IMG/VR virus record: IMGVR_UViG_3300013200_000006
Source: a virus
Lineage: Duplodnaviria; Heunggongvirae; Uroviricota; Caudoviricetes
DNA: 64,000 nt
Strand: one strand, 5' to 3'
The notes under the pieces were generated by a model that saw only the letters and a list, made by a program, of their open reading frames with translations, was not told where the DNA came from and did not search any database. The position numbers were made by a program, and so were the translations under genes. This document shows, piece by piece, positions 9,449 to 18,418 of this stretch (position 1 is the stretch's first letter; each line of letters begins with the position of its first letter).

Positions 9449-9490
9449 GCCATCCAAACGTGCCAAGGGTGCCTCACCTTTGAAGAGCGG
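9449..9490 (-). repeat. solo copy of IS200/IS605-like end sequence (inverted relative to copies at 13441 and 15046)
   Basis: CCAAACGTGCCAAGGGTGCCTC...CCTTTGA is reverse complement of 15049-15080. Confidence 0.55.
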
Positions 9491-9522
9491 GGAAGACTTC
9501 AACAGACGTGGAAAGGAAGCCA

Positions 9523-9990
9523 ATGCCTAATCCTGCCTATAACCCCACTTCTTCCGTAAAGTTCTACACCTCCCTGACCAATAATCTCTACCTAAACGGC
9601 TACAATACCGAGCTGTGCAACCTCGAATTTAAACCGGAAGCAGGACACTGGTATCTCACCATTCGGGTGTCTGCGCAGGAGCGCTATCACGGCATTGTGG
9701 CGTTCTTCGTTCTTGGTCTCGCTAATGTATCCACGAGTGGAAACCGCGCGGAGGTGACGCACAGGTTGGTCGAGTTCGGCACCTACACCGGCGACGACCC
9801 TGACTTAAGCGACGATGCACTGTTCGACGCGGGGCTGTACCTCGACAGCGCACTTAATCAATCACGCGCCGAGGAGAACGACACGGTAGGTACGCGTCCA
9901 GGACAATGCGGCGTGCATGATGTGGCAGGTGCTATTACGGGAGCCATGACAGCAGCAGGGTTGCGCACGGGAGTGTGTATAACTGGCTAG
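9523..9990 (+). CDS. hypothetical protein
   Basis: ATG after GGAAAGGAAG RBS (track ORF starts at upstream GTG 9508). Confidence 0.5.
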   Translation: MPNPAYNPTSSVKFYTSLTNNLYLNGYNTELCNLEFKPEAGHWYLTIRVSAQERYHGIVAFFVLGLANVSTSGNRAEVTHRLVEFGTYTGDDPDLSDDALFDAGLYLDSALNQSRAEENDTVGTRPGQCGVHDVAGAITGAMTAAGLRTGVCITG

Positions 9991-10476
9991 ATCAGGAAGG
10001 CGTGAATCCCCTGCCCTTAGCCGCGGAATGGGTGTGGTCGCCGTTTCCGTGCCGGTTGGTGATAACTATGGGGCCCTTGTTTGCTCTTTAAATTGCTGCC
10101 CTTGCAGTATCAGCGTGCGATGCCGTAATCATTTTACATAGTAGTATTCCATATCTTTATAAGAAAATTTTAGGTTTGAACCAGGCACAAGCTCGTTACG
10201 CGCAGCGCCAAACATATTCCTCGCAAGGGTGTGCTATAAGTCTCTCACACACTCTTATAATGCTTTCCTTCTTAGTTTCGCAGTGCGCTAAACCACATCA
10301 ACAGGGACCACTATGCCGCATCTCTCCGCCCTATGTTCAGGAAAATATGTGTTTCCGTTACACAAAATTTAAGAACCATAGTATGCTGACAGTGTCCACA
10401 CGACCGTAAGCGAATAAAATCATTCTTCCACAGCACACACGCCTGTGAAGAAAACCAACACGAAAGGCACAAACAC

Positions 10477-12273
10477 GTGAAAAACACGCGCCACGCACGG
10501 CCACTCGCGCGAATCGCCGCAACCACAGCTATTACAGCCCTCGCCACCACAGGACTCGCAATGCCTGCGGCAAATGCACTCCTGTCTGACAACGTTCACA
10601 ATGTTGCAGGAGGCGGCGTTAATATCCACGCTAATGACACCTGTATCGCTAAAAAGGGCGATAAGGCACATGTAAAATTCGAAGTACAACACCAGCCACT
10701 GGTTCGTTCTTCTGACCACGGAAGGACTGCCAACTCCGGGGTTATTGCTCTTCCCCACAACATGGAAAATGTTTCCATCAAAATTGTAGCCGCTGGCGGC
10801 CCTAATAGTGATAAGGGATACAAAGACGAAAACGGCAAGTCGCACTACGACGAGGGGTACACAACATCTTTTACAAAGTACGACAACCCCATCGAAGTGC
10901 CCATTAAGGACGCGACTGAAGACAACTTTGGTCCTCCCTCTATTGGTGAAGGAGAATACTCCGAGAAGACCTACAAGGAAGGAAAAAACACTTATACTCA
11001 TACTATCCCTGATGAGCAAGAGATGAGGGACGATATAGAAAAACGCGGATCCTTCATGCGCAAGGTTCATCCTTCCAAGAACAGTGAAGACCCAGACCCT
11101 GCTCGTGTTTACGACGGTCCTTTCGGATCTTATGGCGATAACATGTGGTATGGCAATAACATTGAAGACTACGACATCTACGAGTTTGGCAATGGTCTCA
11201 TGCCGCTTTCTTTCGAAATTGAAGGCGACCTTGCTGTAGACAGTGAGGAGACCTTTGTTACTGCCGCTACTTCTAATCTTGGATGGAGTTCGTCTCAAGA
11301 AGGTACTGCTGGGGCCTATGAGCATGGATCTCAGTCCCTTCAGGTATACGCGTGGGCCCGTCCTGGTTTCTTGCCTCCTGCAGTGCCAAAGGATGAAAAC
11401 ATGATTCAGTTCTATAAGGATCATAACTCGGATGACGGTTTGGATATTTCGCCTTCCATTGCTCCGACTAAGGAACTTCCGGGTGATATTAAGTACCGTT
11501 ATATTGGTTCCGATGTTCGACCGTCTTCCCGCGGTGATGCAGGAGCACATTATACTGAGACCTTCACTTTGCACTCTAACCCTGCTGTGACTTATGCTGG
11601 TCAGGTGCATCTTTCTGGTGAAGATGGTGCTGATATTGCTGCGTCGCATGTGACGTTGTGTCCTGCGGAGGAGACTCCAGACACTGATGTGCCAGAGACC
11701 GAAACGCCGGAGACTGAAACTCCAGAGACTGAGGTCCCGAACACCGAGACTCCAGAAACCGAGACGCCAGAGACTGACGTGCCTGAGACTGAGACTCCGG
11801 AGACTGAGGTCCCAAACACGGATACCCCAGAAACCGAGACCCCGGAAACTGAGACCCCAGAGACTGAGACTCCAGAAACCGAGACACCGGAGACTGAGAC
11901 TCCAGAAACTGAAACACCGGAAACTGAGACACCGGAGACTGAGACACCGGAGACTGAGACTCCAGAGACTGAGGTCCCAAACACCGAGACTCCGGAGACT
12001 GACGTGCCAGAAACGGAGACTGAGACTCCAGAGACCGAGGCCCCGGAAACTGAGACTCCGAACACGGATACCCCAGACACCGAGACCCCGGAGACTGACA
12101 CTCCGAACACGGACACCTCAGAAACCGACACTCCTGCCCCCGCCCCAAGCAACGATGGGGGCACTGGGTCCAGGACGTTGGCATCTACTGGTGCTAGTGT
12201 GATTGGTATTGGTGTTGTGGCACTGGTACTGATTGGTGCTGGTATTTTCTTGTCTCGTCGTAAGAAGGACTAG
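10477..12273 (+). CDS. sortase-anchored (LAxTG) cell-surface protein with (E-T-P-E-T)n repeats
   Basis: signal peptide MKNTRHARPLARIAATTAITALATTGLAMPAANA; ~30 ETPET/EVPNT repeats; C-terminal LASTG + hydrophobic segment + RRKKD sorting signal. Confidence 0.75.
   Translation: MKNTRHARPLARIAATTAITALATTGLAMPAANALLSDNVHNVAGGGVNIHANDTCIAKKGDKAHVKFEVQHQPLVRSSDHGRTANSGVIALPHNMENVSIKIVAAGGPNSDKGYKDENGKSHYDEGYTTSFTKYDNPIEVPIKDATEDNFGPPSIGEGEYSEKTYKEGKNTYTHTIPDEQEMRDDIEKRGSFMRKVHPSKNSEDPDPARVYDGPFGSYGDNMWYGNNIEDYDIYEFGNGLMPLSFEIEGDLAVDSEETFVTAATSNLGWSSSQEGTAGAYEHGSQSLQVYAWARPGFLPPAVPKDENMIQFYKDHNSDDGLDISPSIAPTKELPGDIKYRYIGSDVRPSSRGDAGAHYTETFTLHSNPAVTYAGQVHLSGEDGADIAASHVTLCPAEETPDTDVPETETPETETPETEVPNTETPETETPETDVPETETPETEVPNTDTPETETPETETPETETPETETPETETPETETPETETPETETPETETPETEVPNTETPETDVPETETETPETEAPETETPNTDTPDTETPETDTPNTDTSETDTPAPAPSNDGGTGSRTLASTGASVIGIGVVALVLIGAGIFLSRRKKD
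11677..12135 (+). repeat. 15-bp tandem coding repeat (gagactccagaaacc-like) encoding ETPET units
   Basis: periodic 15-nt units visible in sequence; also generates artefactual antisense ORFs. Confidence 0.8.
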
Positions 12274-12290
12274 TAGACACTAGGTGGCAT

Positions 12291-12340
12291 AGCCCGCGGT
12301 TGCAATTGTTTTGTGACCGCGGGTTTTGTTGTGTTCTATG
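12291..12340 (+). terminator. Rho-independent terminator
   Basis: CCCGCGGTTGC...GACCGCGGG stem followed by TTTTGTTGTG. Confidence 0.55.
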
Positions 12341-12403
12341 TTGAAACCAATACGCTAAATCTGTTATGCTAGGTGGTAGCATAAGACCCAACCTAGGAAC
12401 CCT

Positions 12404-13042
12404 ATGACCATACCTATTTTCCACCACACCTTTGACCCCACAGGAGTCTCACTCACCTACGACTCCGGCTGGGTAATACTCTCGCTGGTCATTGCCGCCA
12501 TTGTTACTGTCTCCATCTTTGTGCCTATCGTGGAAAAGATAGAAAAAACACTGAAGAAGAACCCTCCCAAAAGTGTGGTCGAATTTGTGTCCTGCACACT
12601 GCTAGGAATCACGGTATTGGTAGTGGCACTAGCTGTGGTTGGCCTACTGGCATTTTTCGTTCCACTGTATCTCGCCGACAAAACCAACACCACATTTTTC
12701 ACCCGACCCATGGTCACTTCTGAAGATATAAACGGTGCCGCATACCTTGACCATGAGCAGTCCTTCGTCGAAAAGTATTCCAATGAGATCTCCGACGCCG
12801 TAGACCGCAATGAGCCCCTTAAGCAGTACACAATTGCCGACTCCCAACTCAACAACCCCACGTCCATTTTGTGCGGTGGAACAAGCCTCGATGAGGTCCA
12901 GGCCGATAAGGGCAAATCCACGGTGACTCTTGTGCCGCACATTGAATTCGATGCTGACAATGCGGAACTAAAAATCGACAACCCGAGCGACGAAGGCATC
13001 AGCACCTACTTCTGGGTCGAAGAAAAAGAATCCGAAAACTAA
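12404..13042 (+). CDS. membrane protein
   Basis: two TM helices then soluble acidic domain. Confidence 0.45.
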   Translation: MTIPIFHHTFDPTGVSLTYDSGWVILSLVIAAIVTVSIFVPIVEKIEKTLKKNPPKSVVEFVSCTLLGITVLVVALAVVGLLAFFVPLYLADKTNTTFFTRPMVTSEDINGAAYLDHEQSFVEKYSNEISDAVDRNEPLKQYTIADSQLNNPTSILCGGTSLDEVQADKGKSTVTLVPHIEFDADNAELKIDNPSDEGISTYFWVEEKESEN

Positions 13043-13090
13043 ACCCCACATTACCCACCCTTCTACACACAAAGAAAGTACAATCACACT

Positions 13091-13435
13091 ATGAGCACTG
13101 ACTACTCCACCACCATGTACCGAATCTGCCAAACCATCAACAACCACCACAAAAACCTCCCCCACATTGAGCCCACCGAAGCGATCAACAACCTCCACGA
13201 AGACCCCAGCTTCAAAAACACCATCCGCCAAGCACTCATCAACACCAACCCCAAAATCAAACACGCCTACCAGGTACACGACAACTACGCCCCAGTACAA
13301 AACACACCACTAGCCGTCCTAAGCCCCGCCCACGGTGAAGATACACGTAACAGCATTGAGCTAGTAGAGACTCTCGAAGCAATTATCCGAGAAGCATTCC
13401 TAGACGAAGCCTGGGCACACGGCCTAGACATTTGA
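13091..13435 (+). CDS. hypothetical protein
   Basis: 114-aa ORF. Confidence 0.45.
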   Translation: MSTDYSTTMYRICQTINNHHKNLPHIEPTEAINNLHEDPSFKNTIRQALINTNPKIKHAYQVHDNYAPVQNTPLAVLSPAHGEDTRNSIELVETLEAIIREAFLDEAWAHGLDI

Positions 13436-13440
13436 AGTCC

Positions 13441-15080
13441 TCCCCATACCTTAAAGGCGGGGATTCCTGTCTCTAGCGAGTTGCTAGGACATGCGGTTTA
13501 CGGATCGTTGAACTACGCTGGCTCGTGGTTAAACCACGAGGATCAGACTGATAAGTTCTCACCGAGGGGTGCTTCCCACCCCAGAAGTTAGTGATTTCTT
13601 CTTTATGATCACGTAACGCTCTCTCAAGAATATTGATCGCAGCATTGTGATCAGCGTTGTCACTGTAACCACACTTTTTGCACAAGAACACCGCTTGGCT
13701 CTCACGGTTTTCTTGAGACACGTGACCACAAGATGAACAACGACGGGAAGTGTTTCGAGGATCAACCTCGATAATTTGTCCACCAGAAAGACGAGCCTTG
13801 TACTGCAAGAACTCACCAAACTGTGCTAAAGCAGAGAGACGAAGTTTGTGATTTAGTGCTCGCTTCGCACTTTGACCATTAGGCAGAAACTCCCCAGGAT
13901 TATGAGGATCTACCTTAGCTTTAGCCCTTTTCGACATTCCTGCCAAGTTGAGTTTCTCAATAGCAATAATGTCGTTTTCTTCTACCAAGCGACGAGAAAC
14001 CTTGTGCTGAACATCTTGAACGACACGAGAGATCTTCGCCTTGGTTTTAGCGATCTCTTTGTCACGCCGCTGCGAGGATTTACTGTTCTTCCCAGCTTTC
14101 TTCGCAGCGTGGTAACTATCAAATCCTAGATCCTCAGCTGATCTCTCTTGGCTTCGCTGAAGACGACGAACTTTATTATCCAAAGACGTGATCGTGTCCC
14201 AGGGAAGATTCTCAAAACCACCCTGACTATCAGCAGACATATGGACAACTCCACGATCAATACCAACAGCAGATCCTTGTCCTCGCTGTTCACGAGGGGT
14301 TACAGCCAGTGGCTCGTTGACAAAGACCAACTGCTTTTTCGTCCAGTTGACCTGAACGGAGGTGTAGGGGCGAATATCTTGGGAAAGACGAACATGAATC
14401 CGAATAACAAATCGCTGTCCCTTATCACCAGGATTTTTCTTTCCCTTGGGGTTCATTCCGGTAATGGACACAATTCCAGTACGGCGACCGACTTTCTCAA
14501 AACGAGCATTGCGTCCACTGTTAAACCAGCACACAAAAGTGTGGTCGTGTTTCTTGTATGACTTAAACTTAGGCATTTTTCCTGGATTTCGGCCAGATTC
14601 TTTGAGTGTTTTGCGTCGTTTTATAGAAGCAAACCATTCTTTGGCTTCGATCTGTTCTGGGCTTTGCAAAACAAGTGAAGGAACAGCCTTGAGAAAGCTA
14701 TGCTCTTCACGTGCCTGTTTATCCGTTGTTTCAACGACGGTGTCCCCCAGCGGGACTAGTACTTTGTCTTTGCCATACTTTTTACGCTGAGATCTGTGAT
14801 CGTTGAATCGTTTTCGCCAGGCAGAACACAGCCATTCTATGACCTGATTAGGGCTTCTAGAAAAGATAGGCTGTGATGAATCATTGTCACGGTCACCAAG
14901 ATACGGTGTAGCACCTTTAATGCTCACCTTGGTAATCTTGACAACTTGACTCATGTCTTTAACTCTACCATATGATTTATGTTAGTGGCAAGGGTGTTGT
15001 TAAATGGCTTTAGAGCTGTGAAATATCCTTAGAGTGCCAATTCCTCCCCACACCTCAAAGGCGGAGGCACCCTTGGCACG
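13441..15080 (-). mobile_element. IS200/IS605-family TnpB-only element (IS1341-like)
   Basis: tnpB flanked by similar direct subterminal sequences TCCTCCCCAYACCTYAAAGGCGG at 13441-13466 and 15046-15072. Confidence 0.6.
13473..14954 (-). CDS. tnpB: TnpB (OrfB) RNA-guided nuclease family protein
   Basis: RuvC-I GIDRGVVHM, zinc finger CSSCGHV...CKKCGYSDNADHNAAINI. Confidence 0.8.
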   Translation of the reverse strand: MSQVVKITKVSIKGATPYLGDRDNDSSQPIFSRSPNQVIEWLCSAWRKRFNDHRSQRKKYGKDKVLVPLGDTVVETTDKQAREEHSFLKAVPSLVLQSPEQIEAKEWFASIKRRKTLKESGRNPGKMPKFKSYKKHDHTFVCWFNSGRNARFEKVGRRTGIVSITGMNPKGKKNPGDKGQRFVIRIHVRLSQDIRPYTSVQVNWTKKQLVFVNEPLAVTPREQRGQGSAVGIDRGVVHMSADSQGGFENLPWDTITSLDNKVRRLQRSQERSAEDLGFDSYHAAKKAGKNSKSSQRRDKEIAKTKAKISRVVQDVQHKVSRRLVEENDIIAIEKLNLAGMSKRAKAKVDPHNPGEFLPNGQSAKRALNHKLRLSALAQFGEFLQYKARLSGGQIIEVDPRNTSRRCSSCGHVSQENRESQAVFLCKKCGYSDNADHNAAINILERALRDHKEEITNFWGGKHPSVRTYQSDPRGLTTSQRSSTIRKPHVLATR

Positions 15081-15095
15081 TTTGGTGGGACTAGC

Positions 15096-15431
15096 ATGGG
15101 AGAAGATACTATGGTTTTGGAACTGGATACACAGTTAGAGAAACACTACGACCATCTCATATGGTTTGCAGGAGTAGTCCGCGGCTGCGCAGACAAGGAC
15201 ACTCTTGGCGATGGCACGCCTTTGAAAGAGCTGACAGAATTCACCTGGTACATTGATGGTGAAGACAAGCTCATTGTTTCGCAAAACTTGTTTGCAGGAC
15301 AGGCTGGTACAGTTGAATTCGTTGACGATACCGTAGTTGTTGTGTGCAGCAGCTGGGGTGGTAGTCGACAAAAGGAACTGCCTGCAGATGTAGCTGAGCA
15401 GCTTTTCCGCGGCCAAGTCACAAACACATAG
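15096..15431 (+). CDS. hypothetical protein (tandem paralog)
   Basis: shares LGDGTPLKELTEFTWYIDGEDKLIV / LDDGTELKNLAQAWWVDEETGKKVV with next ORF. Confidence 0.5.
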   Translation: MGEDTMVLELDTQLEKHYDHLIWFAGVVRGCADKDTLGDGTPLKELTEFTWYIDGEDKLIVSQNLFAGQAGTVEFVDDTVVVVCSSWGGSRQKELPADVAEQLFRGQVTNT

Positions 15432-15444
15432 TAAAGGAAAAATC

Positions 15445-15780
15445 ATGGCTGATAGTGATACACAAGAACTTATCGACCAAGAGCTCAAAAATTTCGCAGA
15501 ACTTCTCAACACGTTTGCGGATATGCTCAATGACGGTGACGAGGACCCCGTCCTTGATGACGGCACCGAGCTAAAAAACTTGGCACAAGCATGGTGGGTT
15601 GATGAAGAGACCGGAAAGAAGGTTGTGCATTTCCACGATAATCTCAGCCCGACTACGCTCATCCTTTCTCACTATGGCATTAATGGTGCGATGCTGACGT
15701 CCACTCTGGGCAGTGGCAGTGGCAGTATTCTTTTGTCTGATAAGATTTCTGAGGCGCTGGCTCGCTACTACTTTAAGTAG
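15445..15780 (+). CDS. hypothetical protein (tandem paralog)
   Basis: AAAGGAAAAATC RBS then ATG; paralog of 15096..15431. Confidence 0.55.
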   Translation: MADSDTQELIDQELKNFAELLNTFADMLNDGDEDPVLDDGTELKNLAQAWWVDEETGKKVVHFHDNLSPTTLILSHYGINGAMLTSTLGSGSGSILLSDKISEALARYYFK

Positions 15781-15792
15781 TGCGGTAAAGGT

Positions 15793-15840
15793 AGAGCCCC
15801 AAGGTTTCCTGATATAGGAGTCCTTGGGGCTCTATTTTGT
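15793..15840. terminator. bidirectional Rho-independent terminator
   Basis: AGAGCCCCAAGG...CCTTGGGGCTCT hairpin with ATTTTGTG, between convergent genes. Confidence 0.6.
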
Positions 15841-15848
15841 GCGCGCAG

Positions 15849-16301
15849 CTACTTTTCCTGCAAAAACTTCTCCGTATCCTCAACAGCTTCAAGAATCACG
15901 TGTGCTACTTCCACACCCGTGGAGTCAAGAGCAATGAACTTACGCACAGCTTGAGAAACCTTAAACGATAAAGTGTCCTCAATATTCACATCTTTTTTAG
16001 GATCCCGATCCCGCTCGATAAACTTACCGAGTTCATTTTCAAAAAAGACAAACACATCAGATACAGCCCTGCTTTCCATATTGAAAGCAAAATGGATGAT
16101 AACAGCAGTATCCTTTTGAAAAACATACTCCAAATATGCAGTCGTATGCTCTTGTCCTGCCCCAGAGAAAACGACTTTAGTGTCAGTGTTGTGGTAGACG
16201 GTGTTAACGAAATGGGTGTGAAATTCGAAGGCGTAGATGAGGTCTTTGGCAGGGAATTCTCGGAGTGTACCATTTTCGTTGGCGATTCGGTCAATTTGCA
16301 T
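15849..16301 (-). CDS. hypothetical protein
   Basis: 150-aa ORF. Confidence 0.45.
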   Translation of the reverse strand: MQIDRIANENGTLREFPAKDLIYAFEFHTHFVNTVYHNTDTKVVFSGAGQEHTTAYLEYVFQKDTAVIIHFAFNMESRAVSDVFVFFENELGKFIERDRDPKKDVNIEDTLSFKVSQAVRKFIALDSTGVEVAHVILEAVEDTEKFLQEK

Positions 16302-16312
16302 GGGTTTCTCCT

Positions 16313-16690
16313 TTAGGCGTTGCTATAGGGCGCAAAAGCGTCCTGGATAGCTTTGCCAACCTCAAACCCGTCAGCCTGGATACTGATGTTTCGGCGAATA
16401 GTGCGGGTGATGTTCAACGACGGGGTACCTTCCCAGTCCTCGTGTTCTTTTTTGATTTGGGCCTGGACATCGGGGTCGAAGAAGACTTGCACATCTGTCA
16501 CCATGTCCTTTTCCAGGTCGAAGGTGATTTGGAGGTGCCCGTCAAAGGTGGGGTCGGAAAAGTGCATTTCCAGATCTTCGTCATAAGCGCCAGCGCTAAG
16601 CAGCTTAGGAGCGGGCTTTTTGCCGTAGGATTTGATGAACTGTTCGTAGAATTTGAATGCAGCTTCGAGGCTGTAGGTGGGGTGGTGCAT
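16313..16690 (-). CDS. hypothetical protein
   Basis: likely start at MHHPTYSL after AAAGGA RBS. Confidence 0.45.
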   Translation of the reverse strand: MHHPTYSLEAAFKFYEQFIKSYGKKPAPKLLSAGAYDEDLEMHFSDPTFDGHLQITFDLEKDMVTDVQVFFDPDVQAQIKKEHEDWEGTPSLNITRTIRRNISIQADGFEVGKAIQDAFAPYSNA

Positions 16691-16862
16691 TGTGAGGGTC
16701 CTTTGGTTGTGGGGAAGGTGGGGCCGCGGCATACGGGCCATGAAGCGAAACCTGTATGCCGCGGCATGGTTTCAAGTATAGCATGCGTGCAGGGTGTGTG
16801 CATCTCCTCCAGGGCGGCATGAGAAAACCCCGTCCGGTGTGTTGGGCGGGGCTGTGGAGGGG

Positions 16863-17099
16863 TTAGTCTTCTGCGAGCTTGTAGCGTCTGCCGGTTAAGG
16901 TAAGGTTTTTCGGGAGTGCCTGGACTAGGAACGTTTCTCCTTCCCTGTTGAACACGCACCTGATTTTGCCGTCATATGTTTCCTGAAGTAAGGTGACAAG
17001 CCCGTAGTCGGGGTGTTCTGCTTCGGCAAGGTAATGCTCGTCAGCGTTCCAGGGGGTGTCGGCCAGGGTGTTAGACATGATGGTCTCCTTTTTAAGCAT
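16863..17099 (-). CDS. hypothetical small protein
   Basis: 78-aa ORF overlapping start of next gene by 8 nt. Confidence 0.4.
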   Translation of the reverse strand: MLKKETIMSNTLADTPWNADEHYLAEAEHPDYGLVTLLQETYDGKIRCVFNREGETFLVQALPKNLTLTGRRYKLAED

Positions 17100-17556
17100 A
17101 CTTAGGTGTAGTGGTGGAGTCGATGTCCCAGGTTCCTGCGTGTGCGTATTCAGCAGTGAGCATGATCATTCGGTCGATAAGAACGGTGATAAATCGCTTT
17201 GCCTCACTGGTCTCCCAGTTGCTTGCTTCACACGACTGATAGTTGTAGCAATGTGCGGCGGAGATGATTTCAAATGGGGTCCATTTGGTGTGCTTAGGCA
17301 AAGAGTGCTCGTAGGCAAATTCTTCGTTGTTGCTGTAGCGTTCGTTGACGGATCGGAGGTTTGCTTCGCGGAGCATGTGTCCGAATTCTTCGGCGTTGGT
17401 GTCGGTGACTTCTCGGTAGTCTCCGTCGGGGGTGTAGTAGCGTACGTTGCTGTCAAGGGCGCGGTTGACGGGGGTATTGAGATTGAGTTTTTCGGGGTGG
17501 GTGGCGGCGAAGAGAAGGACGTTGAGGTGTTCGTTGCTGAGGGTGAAGCAGGACAT
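17092..17556 (-). CDS. hypothetical protein
   Basis: 154-aa ORF. Confidence 0.45.
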   Translation of the reverse strand: MSCFTLSNEHLNVLLFAATHPEKLNLNTPVNRALDSNVRYYTPDGDYREVTDTNAEEFGHMLREANLRSVNERYSNNEEFAYEHSLPKHTKWTPFEIISAAHCYNYQSCEASNWETSEAKRFITVLIDRMIMLTAEYAHAGTWDIDSTTTPKYA

Positions 17557-17679
17557 GGTGTGTGCTTTCTGTTGCCGGTTTATGCTTACAGGGTGTTAGT
17601 ATACTTGAGCGGGTCACAAAACACAAACCACACAAAAAGCCCCAGCCAAAAGCCAGGGCACAAGACTTAAAGAACGCGC

Positions 17680-17883
17680 TTAAAGCTCCTCAAACTCACC
17701 ATTATCATCATAACGGCCCAAAGCCTCCGCACGGTCAGAATCCTCGATATAGTCAACATCAACGTCAACATCAGTGTAGCCCACACCGGACATGTAGTTT
17801 TCTACTGCCTCCTCCAAGGTCTCACCATCAGCAGTGACCTCAACAGTGCCATCAATCGGCAAACGGAACATGTAACGAGTCAT
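17680..17883 (-). CDS. small acidic protein, paralog family member 1
   Basis: MTRYMFRLPIDGTVEVTADGETLEEAVENYM; one of three tandem ~67-aa paralogs. Confidence 0.55.
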   Translation of the reverse strand: MTRYMFRLPIDGTVEVTADGETLEEAVENYMSGVGYTDVDVDVDYIEDSDRAEALGRYDDNGEFEEL

Positions 17884-17910
17884 TAATTTTCTCCTTCGAA
17901 TCAGGACGGG

Positions 17911-18114
17911 TTAGAGTGCAACAAAGTTGCCGTTATCAGTGTAGCCGATACCCACTACTTCGTTGGTATCAATGGTGTAGTCAAGGTACTCTTTGGCAAC
18001 TCCCTCATCATTCATATAGTTTTCCACAGCATCATCAAGGGACTCGCCATCAGCATGCACTTCAACAAGGCTGTCAGCGCTGTCAATAGGGGCGCGGAAG
18101 ATATAACGTGGCAC
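17911..18114 (-). CDS. small acidic protein, paralog family member 2
   Basis: MPRYIFRAPIDS..VEVHADGESLDDAVENYM. Confidence 0.55.
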   Translation of the reverse strand: MPRYIFRAPIDSADSLVEVHADGESLDDAVENYMNDEGVAKEYLDYTIDTNEVVGIGYTDNGNFVAL

Positions 18115-18132
18115 GGGACTTTCTCCTTTAAA

Positions 18133-18333
18133 TCAGTGGCGGATTAGGGGCGTGCAACAGTCATCAACACAGTCGATACCGACCACATCGCCAGCGATAA
18201 TAGTGTAATCGGGATAGTCTTCTGCGTTCCCCACACCATTCATGTAGTTTTTCACAGCGTCATCAAGCGATTCGCCGTCAGCGTGGACTTCAACCATGCC
18301 TTCAATGGGGGCGCGGAAAACAAAGTGGGCCAT
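18133..18333 (-). CDS. small acidic protein, paralog family member 3
   Basis: MAHFVFRAPIEGMVEVHADGESLDDAVKNYM. Confidence 0.55.
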   Translation of the reverse strand: MAHFVFRAPIEGMVEVHADGESLDDAVKNYMNGVGNAEDYPDYTIIAGDVVGIDCVDDCCTPLIRH

Positions 18334-18418
18334 AAGGGTTCTCCTTTAGTGTAGTAGGTTCCGTATTCAGACTATCATGCCTTGGTCTGGCACAGACACT
18401 CTCGCGCCGGGTTCAGGC

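Noticed and set aside
9342-9490. tRNA-Thr 3' region as prophage attachment site (attL/attR)
   Set aside because: The adjacent repeat matches the ends of the TnpB IS rather than the tRNA. Three tRNAs packed 1-47 nt apart look phage-encoded rather than a host integration target. No integrase gene is present.
10420-12184. Long minus-strand ORFs (409 aa, 202 aa, 187 aa) antisense to the LAxTG surface-protein gene
   Set aside because: They lie entirely inside the better-supported plus-strand gene, which has a signal peptide and sorting signal. Their low-complexity SVSGV/Arg-rich translations are artefacts of the 15-bp tandem repeat read in other frames.
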